A stretch of DNA of 64,000 nt from Eledone cirrhosa (GCA_964016885.1 OZ024749.1:31186001-31250000); one strand, 5' to 3'; counted from the stretch's first letter, positions 28,013 through 43,659 are shown. Translations and numbers: made by a program. Notes: generated by a model from the sequence alone, not told the origin.

Positions 28013-28116
28013 CATATACATATATATATATATATATATAAAGCAAATTCACTAGTAGGCAGTTATCTTGTTTAAGCTGACAATCTTGATACATAAACAA
28101 AACATAATCTATCCTT

Positions 28117-28206
<90 letters not shown>

Positions 28207-28287
28207 ACATATAAAGTGGAATTGTCAGTTTGAAGTTATAATAATAATAATTATTATTTTTATTTTGTGCTGCCAATTATGATATTA

Positions 28288-28366
28288 ATGTTAGTAGTAG
28301 TAGCAGTAGCAGTAGCAGCAGCAGCAGTAGTAGCATAGCAGCAGCAGTAGTAGTAATAGTAGTAGT

Positions 28367-28398
<32 letters not shown>

Positions 28399-28413
28399 TA
28401 GTAGTAGTAGAAA

Positions 28414-28467
<54 letters not shown>

Positions 28468-28470
28468 CTA
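28288..28470. repeat. (AGT)n/(AGC)n trinucleotide microsatellite
   Basis: Direct inspection. Confidence 0.95.
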
Positions 28471-28652
28471 CATAACTAATAAAACTCTGGGTATTTTCTC
28501 CAAACTTACAGATAGCCCAAATACCTTTAGATTCTATCTTACGCTCAATCCATTTCATTCTAGTAATGGAATTTAATGCTTAATATTTAATATAAATATT
28601 CTGTTAACCATGAAAGAATTTAGGTACGAATAACTTATCTAATCTCATCTAC

Positions 28653-28693
<41 letters not shown>

Positions 28694-28895
28694 CATCTAT
28701 CTATCTATCTATCTTTCTAGATATAATTTAAATTTAATTATATCTCATGAAATAATACAACTGGCTTTCCACATAATACATATAGTTAGCACCCCAAACA
28801 CTAAAATTGGGTTTATACTAACATATAACCTAATGTTTGTTAAGTGAGATGGTTACCAGTCAGAGTTTAGCTTTAAGCTATCTCTGTTATTGTAT

Positions 28896-28966
<71 letters not shown>

Positions 28967-29153
28967 ACCCATATGAAATGTCTCCCCCTATTGGGGAAAT
29001 TCGACTAATTTTTAAATTACATTTGTGATAATATTTTATACGTTTTTATTGTATGCAAACTTCCCCTTTTGTATTTGTCCCCTTCTTTTGTGCCCCTGTG
29101 GCTAATAAAGAATCATATCTATCTATCTATCTAAATATCTCTCTATCTCTCTC

Positions 29154-29185
<32 letters not shown>

Positions 29186-29500
29186 GCTATCTATCTATGC
29201 ATATTATAACTGTATTGTAAACATGATTGTGTATAGATATGCGTGTGTGTGTAGGAGTGATATATATATATATATGTATATAATATTTGGGGTCCGACAA
29301 ACCAAAGATGTGGGTTCATGTCCGATCTACCTCAATACTCATCCTTTTTTCCATTCAGAGGTTTTTTTTTAAATCCCAAATAACAGAGTAATTTTATTTC
29401 AAATGTTATATCAAATATGGCGTATGCACATGTTACTACCTAATTTCCTAATTTTCAAATTCGCTAGCTATATCTAAACAAAGTCTGATATGTGTCTCAC

Positions 29501-29567
<67 letters not shown>

Positions 29568-29589
29568 GTGTGTGTGTGTGTGTATGTAT

Positions 29590-29674
<85 letters not shown>

Positions 29675-31141
29675 AAGAAAGAAAGATACAACAACTCGCA
29701 GTAGTACGCTGATTTACTGCTTTACTTTTACGCCGATAAATGATATATTTGCAGACGCAGAATACTACATACAGTCTCTGGTTTCTGTTCTTTAACTACA
29801 AAAATGTACATTTGTGTGTTTTTGTATCTATCTCTGTGTGTAGTATTTGTGTGTGTGGTGTGTGTGTGTGTGTGAATGTGTGTGTAGGAGTATGTGTGTG
29901 AGGGTTGTTTAATCGTAACGTATAATTGTAACAACGAAGAAATGAAAATGTAGAATGCATTATTGCTATTTTGTAAATGCATGCGTGCAATGTCATCTGT
30001 ATATGCGTGCAACGTCATATACATGCAAAAAAATGTCAACTTTTTGCGTGGTATGTCATCTGTTTGCCTGATATGTCAACTGCTTCATGGTCTACCACTC
30101 ATAAATTAAGTATAGTTTCAGTTATTTGGATTTATTACAACAAAGCTTTTAAAGAGAATCTTAGCCATCGAACTAACAATTTGTATTTATATATTTATCT
30201 CTTTGGTGATTTCGTTATATTTTTATTGCTATTTAGACTCAGACCGACTCTAAATCGAGTAAAGCAAATGAAATTTACACCACAACCTCTATGAAGATTT
30301 AGCTAGCCTCGTACGTGTTTGTATTCATAGGAGGTTTTTATGAAGCCTTATTTATATGTCAACGTACAATAAAGCAATATCCGCCGAGTTGATCAAAGAG
30401 CCAACGAATTCCACTAAAGATGAATCTAGGATTATTTTGTGCAATATGACGTACATCTTTTTAGATCAGTGGGATACGATTTGAGGCAAATTTAGCTGCC
30501 ATTTCTAGCCAGTTTTGAGATCATAGAGCACGTACCTCGGTAGCGGATGCCAGCTGATTTTAGCATGTTTAGCCTGAAGATTTATTCAAGGATTTCTCCA
30601 GAGAAGGAAGTGTGTGAAGTCTTCCCATCCTGAATGATATTTGCTGGGTACCATAAAAACATTTGTGCAGAGAAGTTTTAAAACCAAGCAAAGTCTTGTA
30701 TGATTACTGTATTTGGTGACTATGATTACTGTATTTGGTGTACAAATCATCCATCTCCAGACCTGTACATAATAGATATCATGATGGAGGGTGCCAGGGG
30801 CGGCGGGTGCTCTGATACAAATAACTGAAACAGTGAAATTTACTACACACATTTTTGAAAGTACAATGAAGATAAGACCAGGACAAAACCTAAAACGCAC
30901 ACCTGGTCATGATAAATCTAAATAACACAAGCAGAAACCATAATATTAAAATGACATAAACTATTCAGAATCCACTGCACTTGTAAAAGGCTGTGAGTAT
31001 CTCGTTGGAATCTCTTTGGTGTCTCAGAAGCACCGTAGTGGCGTGTCTCGGACATTTTAAACGTATAGCCTTAATGAATTAAATATCAAAACTCTACTTC
31101 GGTATTGAGTAGTCTTTTCACTCAGCCGTTAACCACATACG

Positions 31142-31246
<105 letters not shown>

Positions 31247-31452
31247 AGAAGCTTTTGCCGTATCTTGACTAAAGAAATTTTAGCATAATAGCGGGATTTA
31301 GAACCCTGTCAATACTTATCTTAAAGGCTTCTAACCCCCCCAAATCAGCATTTACAAACTACGGCAAGAGCTTCTATTTCTATTTTCAAACTGGCTCGCT
31401 ATTTCAAAACAAACTTATCACACACACACACACACATATATATATATGTATA

Positions 31453-31523
<71 letters not shown>

Positions 31524-32160
31524 GTGTGTGTGTGTCATATGATGTATAACAAAAAAAATAGTTTCCAACACAGATTCATAATTAATCGATAATATTCAAG
31601 ATGTTCGACTGGGTGATATTTATCCCGAGGTTATCAATAATTACACACACCTGGTATGAAAACCAAAATGTTACAAACAAATATATAATTTTTCTCAGTT
31701 ACTATATATTATATTATATGAGATTTTCCGTGTGTATTTTGGAATTCAATAACAATTTTCATAATAAGCAACCCTGATGTAAATAAAATTGTTTTTTGTT
31801 AATATTGTTTTAATAACACCATAAGTATTATATGAGAGTCGCTTATATGGGAGAATTAAACAACACTGAAGTATTATAATTTTAAGGAATTCTATAAATA
31901 AAAATAATATCTAAATAGTTTTATGTTTAATAATTAATAAACTAGAGAAGCAACATCTAAACTCTTAGTAATTGTTTAAATTCAGTTTCTTCTTCAAGTT
32001 GAAAGATGTGTATATGTACGAAAAGTATATAGTCGTATACATGTATCCATCCAGTACATGCATGCATACATATACAGACACATAGACACAGACACATACA
32101 CACACACACATATATATATATATATGGTGTGGGGGGGGGGGGGGGGGGGGGCGTAGGTAA

Positions 32161-32243
<83 letters not shown>

Positions 32244-32286
32244 AAAGAAATCAAAGAGTGCCTACATACTCATACAATTTCTATTT

Positions 32287-32331
32287 GCTGACAATGTTTC
32301 ATCCATACCAAGGGGCAGGAATCATCAGAGC
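32287..32331 (-). ncRNA. Type I hammerhead motif (GUC)
   Basis: Minus: GCT CTGATGA tTCCtgccccttggtatGGAt GAAA CATTG TC AGC; homologous to the plus-strand copy at 33593. Confidence 0.7.
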
Positions 32332-33211
32332 TTTATAAACAAAAATAGAGTGCTGAGTATAAGCTCTATCAAGCTTAGTCACATGAACATTAGAAATACA
32401 ATGGCGGGTAACAAGAGGGAGATCGGAAATGGCGAGTATGGAGAGAGTGCATAGTAGGGTTGTTATTCAGTACCAACGCTATATGCTAGAGTACAGGCAG
32501 ATTTTTTCACATGATGCGGAAGCACGTGAGGGCACACAAAAGCAAAAAGTATAAACAATAGTTAAAACATATAATAATAAAGTAAAAGAAAAAAAAAGAT
32601 AATATAAAGAGATAAAGAAAATTTAAAAAGAAAAAAGAAAAAATTCAAAGCACACAAAAAAACAGAGGAAGCTATGTGTTGGTCACTAAATATCACACTT
32701 GATTTAGTTCTCCATAACTTAGAGTTATAGAAATACTAAAAGGCTCCCAAGGTACCTTCAGAAAGCTCAAAGGGGATTTTATTCCTCCCCATAGTATACA
32801 TAATCAAGGTATACTAGTAGGTTACGGAATTACGTCGACTATGGGTGCTAAACCTGTATATAGACAGGCCCCACATCAATACAAGCCAAAAACATGCAAA
32901 GCGGGGTTATTGCTGGATCAAGCCGAAGCAAAAATACATAACAAAAGTTGTTTAGTTCCTGTAAAAAACAAAACATCTAGCGAGGAGTCATTACATATAC
33001 ATATCTACTGTAGAGGTTAGTCCAATCGGTTTCATATGCCCCGATTGTCTAGGGGTTTTAAAGATAGTGGATTGTCCGTAGATAGTAATTCGGTCCAGAG
33101 TTTACAACATATGTATATCGTCCGTAAAGTGCAATCCAGTCGGGTTCTATTGTATTTCTAATATTCATGTGAATAAGCTTGGTAGAGCTTATACTCAGCA
33201 CTTGGTAGAGT

Positions 33212-33266
<55 letters not shown>

Positions 33267-33270
<4 letters not shown>

Positions 33271-33459
33271 AACCAGTAAGACCCCGACGGCTGAGCTCAA
33301 GCCGTTTCGACGGCTAATTCTGGACGCAGAATTAGCCGTCGAAACGGCTTGAGCTCAGCCGTCGGGGTCTTACTGATTCCTATTACCCACTCTACTACCC
33401 CAAGTATTGAGTACTTTGGTGCGTTATGGTCCACCTGGTTCCTTACCACATTTCCTTCG

Positions 33460-33460
<1 letters not shown>
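33267..33460. repeat. GC-rich family snap-back palindrome (33267-33382) plus terminal tail, in (TA)n
   Basis: About 55-bp arms centred at about 33324, within GACGGCTAATTCTG-gacg-CAGAATTAGCCGTC. Confidence 0.85.
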
Positions 33461-33495
<35 letters not shown>

Positions 33496-33587
33496 CGTTG
33501 ACAAATACATCAATATACCCAGACATGCAGATATATTGCCCTGGTGACGCAGCTCGATGGAGCATGCAACTACTGATATACTCATGT

Positions 33588-33644
33588 TTATAAGCTCTGA
33601 TGATTCCTGCCATGGTGTATGGATGAAACACGGTTAGCTAATAA
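33588..33644 (+). ncRNA. Type I hammerhead motif
   Basis: TTATAAGCT CTGATGA tTCCtgccatggtgtatGGAt GAAA CACGG TT AGCTAATAA. Confidence 0.7.
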
Positions 33645-33684
33645 AACAATGTATTTCTAACTACTCTTTGGTTATTCCTATAAC

Positions 33685-33814
<130 letters not shown>

Positions 33815-34183
33815 CATACACACATATATATATATACATATATAGATACATATATATATATATATATGTATTTATATTTTAAACATATATATGTATGATG
33901 TATGGAATTAAAAACTAATCTCCATGTAATCCTAATACTAATAGCAACAATATTATATTTTCAAAATACGGTAACGAGAAGAATATAAGAAGAATGATTA
34001 TAAACGAGAATTGATGACATACCGTCTTATTCTCAGAATAAAGGGATTACTGTTTCTCCTTTGTTCCGATATTCTTGTTTCTCCTTCATTGTTTTTGTTA
34101 TCTCTCATTTGTATTTTATAATTTTTTTCATTTGATGTTAAATCTTGCGTTAGCCATCTTTCTCTGTAGTTATATATACAAGT

Positions 34184-34224
<41 letters not shown>

Positions 34225-34254
34225 AGTGTGTGTATGTGTGTGTGTGTATGTGCG

Positions 34255-34289
<35 letters not shown>

Positions 34290-34302
34290 GTATATATATA
34301 TG

Positions 34303-34382
<80 letters not shown>

Positions 34383-34415
34383 CATATATATATATACATA
34401 CATACATATATATAT

Positions 34416-34453
<38 letters not shown>

Positions 34454-34465
34454 CATACATACATA

Positions 34466-34510
<45 letters not shown>

Positions 34511-34623
34511 TATACATATATATATGTTTGTGTGTATGCGTGTATGTGTATTTATTATGGTGGGTGTGCTTCTTGTGCGCGTTGATATGTCCGTGGTGTG
34601 CATATGTATATATGTATAAATGA

Positions 34624-34664
<41 letters not shown>

Positions 34665-35296
34665 CATTAAATCGATGTTTGTTATTCAATGATTCCTGTA
34701 TGCAATAGGAATGTGCAATGTTTGCAGATATCTGTACTAATATGTAACCTTGTATGACAACATCCTCTACGATTCTGTAACAAAAGAGAATCGGAAGGAG
34801 AAAGAAAAATTTCAAAGAAACTTCTCCATCCTGTTTGGAGACAAGCCAATAATTACGGAATGTTTTATAGGAATCACGTAATATTATAGCTTGTTTGCGG
34901 CGCTTTACTGTGGTACAAAGGTTAAACAGTATATAAAAGAGGAACAAACAAACATTTGAGTAAAATGTGTTGGATCTCAGTCGGTGTCGGCGATGTGTGG
35001 TCCAGTTGTATCATCAACGAAGCTGTCTATCTGTTCATGAAATCAATTTAATCTGCAAGTGGCTGATATTACGACAATGACCTGTAGCCTAAACAGAATT
35101 CTCGGAGCAATTCAGGGTGACAGAGTATATGACAATACTGGTTATTTACAGGTACAATTTGTCTATCAGGTGAGTTGACTAAAACAGCGTGGAATAAGTT
35201 GTTTCTCTGAAGGATATGACACACTACATTATCTCCTTTACCATTAAAATGAAGGGGCAAATATATATATACATGATACGATATATATATAGATAC

Positions 35297-35338
<42 letters not shown>

Positions 35339-35737
35339 AAAAGGAATCGAATGTAACTAGCGTCCTTTTAAGGATATTCATTTGTTTCCTTTACCGGTTT
35401 CACAGTTCGTATGCTTTTTAAAAGTAGAATTGATATATATATATACATATACATACACACACATATTTATATATATATATATAAGTATATCGATGGAAAA
35501 ATCAACTTATATTATTTAAAAAAAACATATTGATGGCTCCATCTCCAAATCTTTCTTACTAATAAATTCTTTCTCTTCAAACCTATATATAGTATATAAA
35601 GGGACATTGAGGTAATCCTAAAAAGCCGTGGAATTTACATACTATCATATATAATCCTCTGCTTCACATCGAACATTGTATATATAGTTCTACGTTAGCC
35701 TTATATATATATATCAAATCAAAGGGCTCGATAAGGA

Positions 35738-35797
<60 letters not shown>

Positions 35798-35993
35798 TCC
35801 TTATCGAGCCCTTTAGAGCAAACATCACGGACGCACTATCTCAAAATTATTTTTGAAAAGCATTAGAAATGCGCAACCGGTAAAACTTAAAACCAAAACT
35901 GAATACTAACCAATACTATTACTAATTTTTACTTATTCCTAATTAAACTATTTTTCGCTGTGAACAATTTGTCACCATTTTCTTTTCCGTTTA

Positions 35994-36034
<41 letters not shown>

Positions 36035-36526
36035 CTGTGTGTGTGTGTGTGTATCAAATATATAAAAACCATAGAGCAAATAACCGATTAAAGTTTAAGC
36101 AAATAATCGCTAATTTCACGCTTAACGGGATCTACTGTTATTTAAATAAATATTTGCGCTATGGTTTTTATATATTTGATATATATATATATATCATCCT
36201 TATCGAGGCCTCTTCGGATTTTAGTCTTCACCTATATTATTATTACTATATATATATATATATATATATAATCAATGAAAAAAAGAGTTAGTTGATTTAT
36301 CATCAACTGATATCTAATCTTATGATCGGTGGTCACAGATCTGTCCATCCACCGCGTTTGTGTACCAGCATATCATGAAAAAATTATACATATTCTATGT
36401 ATTTTTTCTGTGGAGGACATGTTTTGCTTTATGTTATGCAGAAATCTTTACACCTTAGATATATATATATAATGAAATAAATATGATGTTATGAAGTATA
36501 TATCTTTCATTTATTACTATTATTAT

Positions 36527-36713
36527 GTGGATTGGCAGTATCGGTAGAGGGTCGGACGCCATGCTTTCCAGCATAGTTACGTCCCTTTACGATCTGAGTT
36601 CAAATCCCGCCGAGGTTGACTTTGCCTTTCATCCTTACGGGGTCGATAAAATAAAGTACCAGTAATGCACTGGGTAATTTGCTGGCCTTGTGCCTAACGT
36701 AGAAACAATTATT
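36527..36713 (+). mobile_element. SINE family A, full length
   Basis: Complete consensus from GTGGATTGGCAGTATCGG to TAGAAACAATTATT. Confidence 0.9.
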
Positions 36714-36972
36714 ACAGTTGCATTTATCTTGCTTTATGTTCATACGAGTTATCACCAAGTCACAACCAGTGACCTCAAGAGACAACAAGGTCCGCCATGT
36801 TCAAGAAAGAACATACATACTCACACATGCATCTTTAGTGTTTAGACTTGTGATGTACTTATATTGACAGAATCTTCCTTAGTATATGGGCAGTTCCCAT
36901 TAGTACTATCTTTTGTATTTCTCCTATACGCGGGTTTCCTGGGATTTGCGATAAATAATCATTAGACCTTAT
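36714..36972 (-). mobile_element. R4/Dong-like (RLE-clade) non-LTR retrotransposon 3' end
   Basis: Minus translation DYLSQIPGNPRIGEIQKIVLMGTAHILRKILSI* (36859-36972) followed by 3' UTR. Confidence 0.7.
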
Positions 36973-36999
36973 CATTATTATTATTATTATTATTATTAT

Positions 37000-37152
37000 T
37001 GTTGTTATTCCTTGAATCTCAATCATTGATGTTGGTTAACTGGAAAGTCCGTTGGAATGAATATCAAGCCACTACCTGCAGCCTCAGATATTCAGGACGT
37101 ATCGGAGGGTTCTTGCTGTTCCAAGCAAGCATGCCTTTTGAAGCGTTCCAAT
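37000..37152 (-). mobile_element. Second R4/Dong-like 3' end, flanked by (TAA)n on both sides
   Basis: Minus translation IGTLQKACLLGTARTLRYVLNI* (37084-37152). Confidence 0.7.
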
Positions 37153-37247
37153 ATTATTATTATTATTATTATTATTATTGTGTATATATATATACTGAAA
37201 TAAGATAACAAGGACAATTGGTTACTCCTTCATTACGTTTATTGGTT

Positions 37248-37332
37248 GGTGACGCGCGTTTCGCCACTGATCAGCTAAAGGTTCGATCTGTATCGATCTG
37301 ACCCGACTCTGTAATCCGCGGTACGTCAGACC
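37248..37332 (-). ncRNA. Degenerate hammerhead with long branched stem II
   Basis: GGT CTGACGT aCCGCgGATTA...TGATCaGTGGc GAAA CGCGCG TC ACC; A9 position mutated. Confidence 0.5.
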
Positions 37333-37527
37333 TCTTGTAATGTTAATGGAACCATCGAGTTCTCACCCGGGCGAACCTACAGTAACTCCAAGTTACACTC
37401 CTTGGATATATATATATATATCCGAAATAAATTTAATTAAGTTAAATTAAGGGAGTCATGTCCGAGACATGCGCCATATCCACCGTAGAATAAGCTCAAA
37501 GATTCCAATGAATAGATCCGAGCATTT

Positions 37528-37706
37528 TATATCAACTAGAAATTGATTGACATATATTTTTTTTTTTAAATAACCACATGAAACAATCACAGGGGATAAT
37601 TTGTAAAGTGTGTAATCACACATAGCTACACACTTTACAAATTATTCCCTGTGATTGTTTCATGTGGTTATTTAAAAAAATATATATATGTCAATCAATT
37701 TCTAGT

Positions 37707-37712
<6 letters not shown>
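37528..37712. repeat. Fold-back palindrome with about 85-bp arms at the end of a (TA)n-associated repeat copy
   Basis: TATCAACTAGAAATTGATTGACATATAT...ATATATGTCAATCAATTTCTAGTTGATA. Confidence 0.9.
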
Positions 37713-37741
<29 letters not shown>

Positions 37742-38405
37742 CTAGATTCACATTTCATAAATTTACGATGTATGCTAGGTATCACCGAGGAAGAATCTAC
37801 ATCGATGGTCGATCGATATAAGAAACTGGAATTTTTCTGTATGAAGAATTGCTGTAGTATAAATTTGTTGTAGGCGTTCATTGCCTGAGTTATATGTATG
37901 ATAACATCGTGATAACCTTTGATGGTGTATGTATTTAATAGGCTTCATGGGTGCCCTCTTCGTAATACACATCACTAAAAAATACATCATTATCCTCCTC
38001 AGCCACTACACCTTCAACAACAACAATAACATCACCACCAGGAGCATCAACAAGAGCAAAGCTGTCAGCTAAACTAATCAGTTACGTAAATTAAATAAAA
38101 TATGGCTTTAGAACAGAAAAACAAAATCTTTAGATGTAGGCAAACCTGTGCAGTTAAGAAGTTCACATACATAAACACACAAACATATATATATATGTAT
38201 ATATATATATGTTTATGTATGTATATATATATATATACATACATACATATATATATATATCTGTATATATATATATATGTATATGTATATATATGTGTGT
38301 TATGTATGTATATATATATATATATATTTACATACATAACACACATATATATACATATACATATCTATATATACATATATATATACATATATATAGACAT
38401 ATACA

Positions 38406-38463
<58 letters not shown>

Positions 38464-38616
38464 ATAGAAGGAGCTTCTACAGGACTAGAACTGTTTCATT
38501 TAGAGGAAATCCTTCTATACAATAAATATATTTTACTCTGCCATGTATTGAGTACCTTACTTACTGTGGTTATCCCCGACTTATATATACATATATATAT
38601 ATATATATACATATAT

Positions 38617-38687
<71 letters not shown>

Positions 38688-38835
38688 GTAGGAGGTGAGT
38701 TTTATTGTAGTACAATAAAGCCAAGCAGATATCGGATAAGAAGCACTCTACAGATGTAGGACTGGAGTATATATAATATAAGATCAAAATGCGCATAATA
38801 AAATACATGGAACTCCTTTAACCATCTTTTGATCT

Positions 38836-38912
<77 letters not shown>

Positions 38913-39020
38913 GTGTGTAGGTAGTACAGTGGAATAGTAGTGTTAATAGCAAATCAAGCACTCTATACACAAGCACAGTGTACGCAATAAATATTTTTCA
39001 TATGTAAACGAAACTTCTAT

Positions 39021-39086
<66 letters not shown>

Positions 39087-39088
39087 TG

Positions 39089-39151
<63 letters not shown>

Positions 39152-39264
39152 GTTTATATGTAGCTGAGCGAACTTCTTAACTGCACAGCTATGCCTACAT
39201 CTAAAGATTTTGATTTTTAGTTTTAATAGCATATTTATATATATATATATATACACACATACAC

Positions 39265-39378
<114 letters not shown>

Positions 39379-40401
39379 ATGTATATATATATGTGTGACT
39401 TTATATGCCTTTGTATGTGTATATATTTATTTCTGTGTATATGTGTTTTTGTCTGTGTGTAAATGTAATTGTGTGTGTGTGTGAATACGCAAACGAAAAA
39501 ATTCGCACAAGCACGCACACACACACACACATATATATATATCTTCTAATACAATAAGAAGGTCATAAGTAACTGTGCCGAAGCAACCCAATTATATCTG
39601 CTTAAAGTAACTTTAATAATTAATTAATTAAATAATAACATAAGCGAATGAACTGAACGGAAAGACTTAATGTTTAACTCTATAAATAATATAAACAAGA
39701 AAATTATTCTAGAATTCTCAGTATTGACGCGATTATATACAACAGTTTCACTAGAGAACTTATTTTCCACGTATTTTCTGAGATGGTATGTTGTTAATTC
39801 CTTTGAGAATGAGATAAAATAATACATTATAATTTTATTGTCATTCCTTTATGAACCCAATGCCTTTTAACCTCAGTAAACGTCAATCAATCGATAATAG
39901 ATATAGTTAAACAAGTAATGTTGCGTTTGTGTTTCTGATATTGTTTGACGCCATTTTATCTCTCTTACTGCTGGTCGTGCCCATGCGTAAAACACGAGCG
40001 TCATGCTATCTCCCGTAATTTTCTTCAGATAAAAGTTTAAAACAATTTCCACTGATCAGTTGAATTCAGTGTAAGATAGCGTGAAATTGTATAGGATGGA
40101 AATGTGTTGGGTAAACATACATCCGTCTATGCCTGACTGTATGAACGAAACAACAGGTCATTGCCTGGACGTAACCTCGAGACAATTTAGATCAGTATTT
40201 TCCGATCATTTCCATCTCGTCCCCTGTGAAAGCGCATTGCTTCACACTGCTCCAGTCCACTTAGTTATAGGAAATGAATTGTACAAGTAATTCAAAGGAA
40301 ATGCCTTTTTCACGCGCTATGTCTCAATGGATATCTCTTGAGAAATATGTTAAAGATACACACGTATTTGTGTACGTATGTGAGTTTGCGTGTGTGTGTT
40401 T

Positions 40402-40498
<97 letters not shown>

Positions 40499-40644
40499 TG
40501 GAATGTTTAGCCACATGCACGTTAATTTCATGAGCAGGTTGTTACCAAAAAATGGAACACTCATCGTCGGAATCGACAAGGCGTCCAACAACACCAAATT
40601 CGTCCCTTAATATGAAGATATAGTTTGCTAAATATATCGAAATA

Positions 40645-41014
40645 CTAGACTACCCTTGACCCATTGGGTCGCCAATAGTTCAAGGTACCCGAAAAAAACC
40701 GCGTATCTCGGAAACCCGTGTCCCGATTTACGCGAAAATTGTTTTATTCCGTTTGTATCCCCATTTCAGGGTTATGTTACTTTTGGAGTATTTTTCCCAT
40801 TATGCACCGTTTTGGGCTATTTATGAAGGCAGCCAGAAAATCCCATATCTCGGGACCACACGTGCTCCGATTTACGCGAAACTTGTTTATTCCATTTGTA
40901 TTCCCATTTCACAGTCAACTTTCTTTCAAAGTATTTTCCCATTATGCGCCCTTTTGGCTGTATTATATTACAGATAAGCAAGCAAGCAATCATAGAATTT
41001 TGGTAGCATATAGA
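40645..41014 (-). mobile_element. Non-autonomous Helitron (370 bp)
   Basis: Minus strand A|TC...CTAG|T; hairpin GACCCA-A-TGGGTC about 11 nt before CTAG; (TTGC)n near the 5' end; two about 143-bp internal core repeats. Confidence 0.8.
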
Positions 41015-41475
41015 TGAATCGAAAAGCAACTGATATATTTAAGAAGATGCATCTATGTCAATGATATACTTTTCAAATAGACATGTTCAATGGGAAGAAG
41101 CTTCATGGGTTGCTGTAAATATAAATTGGTTTAACATACAGAAAAACAAAGCAACATTGGAAAGAACTATAAATGCCATAAATGAGAAGAAAGGGAGAGG
41201 AGAGGAGGGGGAAGATAAAGGACTACTAGACAGGGGAGGAAATAAATTGCGAAAGGGAGTCGGAAACAGACTCTACGCCTATGTCGGAGCGGTGTTTCAT
41301 GGGTAAATCGAGTGGTAACCAAATAAAAACATGAATAAGATTTACAAAGAAGTTTGGTCGTTATCCAGATAAATAATCAATAAGAGACGGTTGCTTCTGA
41401 CTGGACATGCTATAAGAAGTACCTGAAGAGTCTGTCCTGCCCTCCACACTACGACCATCCCAGTAATATGTGTGT

Positions 41476-41622
41476 GAAGAAGAAGAAGAAGAAGAAGAAG
41501 AAGAAGAAGAAGAAGAAGAAGAAGAAGAAGAAGAAGAAGAAGAAAAGAAGAAGAAGAAGGAGGAGGAGGAGAGAAAATAAAAATAACACCGCCACCACCA
41601 CCACCAACAACAACAACAACAT
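41476..41622. repeat. (GAA)n/(GGA)n/(CCA)n/(CAA)n compound microsatellite
   Basis: Direct inspection. Confidence 0.95.
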
Positions 41623-41972
41623 CAAGACGAAGAAGTTTTTTTTCAGCCACTTGCTTACTCATAAACATTTTATGATACTGAGGTTGGATAAAGAAATGAA
41701 ATGAAAAGACTTTACGTAGTCAATCTGTCTCTTGTTATCATTCATATAACATTAATATGACATTTATATATCTGGGGACAGTGAATGTGTGTAGGGTAGG
41801 AAATAGATAAGCTCTTAAGAGATGTAGGTTTAAGGTGTTATACACGTATGTATCATATGTTCATATGTGAATTTAATATTGAAATAACCAGAAGATTGTT
41901 GATAAAAAAAAATACCTGGACGGGGTTAGATGTGGATATATATATATATATTATATATTATATATATATACA

Positions 41973-42033
<61 letters not shown>

Positions 42034-42034
42034 C

Positions 42035-42180
<146 letters not shown>

Positions 42181-42190
42181 TATATACATA

Positions 42191-42244
<54 letters not shown>

Positions 42245-42719
42245 GGAAAACGTATGACCCCGACGGCAGAGCTCAAGCCGTTTCGACGGCTATTTTTGGA
42301 CTAAATTAGAATTTTTAGCCTGGTGAATAAATAGCCGAGCTTTCAAGGGGGTACTTCCTTATATGGGAAGATTGTAGTTGTTGTCAAAATGATTGGTTAA
42401 AATGTGTTATAAACACTTTTGGAGGGGGGTAGGGATGGCTGAACTTGCCTGTAGAACAATAGGGGAGTGAGTGGAGCGGTCAAATATATATTTGAAAAGC
42501 TGAAGCAAAAGTAGAATTGAGATGGAGGGTTTGTGCCTCCATCTGAATTCTACTTTTGAAAATCAGAAGAACTGCGAAACCCGTAAAGGAACCTAATAAA
42601 TATATATATATATTTTTTTTTTAAAGACTCCAGTAGCATTTTCGATTTCATCTTTTTTTCTTATTCTTTCACTCTTGTAGGACACCTCGGTTTTTTTTCA
42701 TTTTGTAAAAAAACCTCAC

Positions 42720-42782
<63 letters not shown>

Positions 42783-42909
42783 TTGAAAAAATTGAAAACG
42801 AAATTTCATTTCTCACTCTTAGTATGGCACTTACTTAAATGTAAGTATGTATGTATACGTACATACATATATGTATACAGACGTACAGTAGCATGCATAT
42901 ATATATGTA

Positions 42910-42989
<80 letters not shown>

Positions 42990-43001
42990 TATATATATAT
43001 A

Positions 43002-43065
<64 letters not shown>

Positions 43066-43068
43066 TAT

Positions 43069-43116
<48 letters not shown>

Positions 43117-43117
43117 T

Positions 43118-43183
<66 letters not shown>

Positions 43184-43659
43184 CGCACATAAATATGAAT
43201 ATAAATATATATATATGTATATATATGTATGTGCGTGTGTGTGTGTGTGTGTGTATTCGCTACGAGTATTCAATCAAAAATCACAAACAATAAGGTAAGA
43301 TTTATAATAAAATAAACTTAACTTACACATCGAAAGATGAGAATCTACGAGATTATGACACAGATATACGTGATATCAGTACATATAGATAATTACTGTA
43401 TTTTTACAGTTATCAAGACGGGACTTTGAAGTAGGAATTTCAACTGATTTTCCCTACGGTGTTTAGAGCTAATAAAGCTTATACCTGGCACACTTCCATT
43501 TCATATATATTTTTCTCCTATCGTTATTGTACAGCTTTTTCTTATCGTTTCCAAGATTATTACCGTGCCAATGTTATTGAAGAGAACATCGTGCTGGAAG
43601 CAATACAAAATCGTACAGCCTAAATCTACAATACATAAAGAATTATGTGTCTATCATAA

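Noticed and set aside
30586-30900. 104-aa ORF in non-repetitive sequence; also 4223-4590 and 40530-40610
   Set aside because: No recognisable domain or convincing splice structure; the IVGIDKASNN similarity to a PLE RT N-terminal motif is too short to support
35140-35180. Apparent micro-exon TTTACAG|GTACAATTTGTCTATCAG|GTGAGT
   Set aside because: Lies within a degenerate SINE B copy (TTACAGGTACAA..CAG.TGA is SINE consensus); no other exons found
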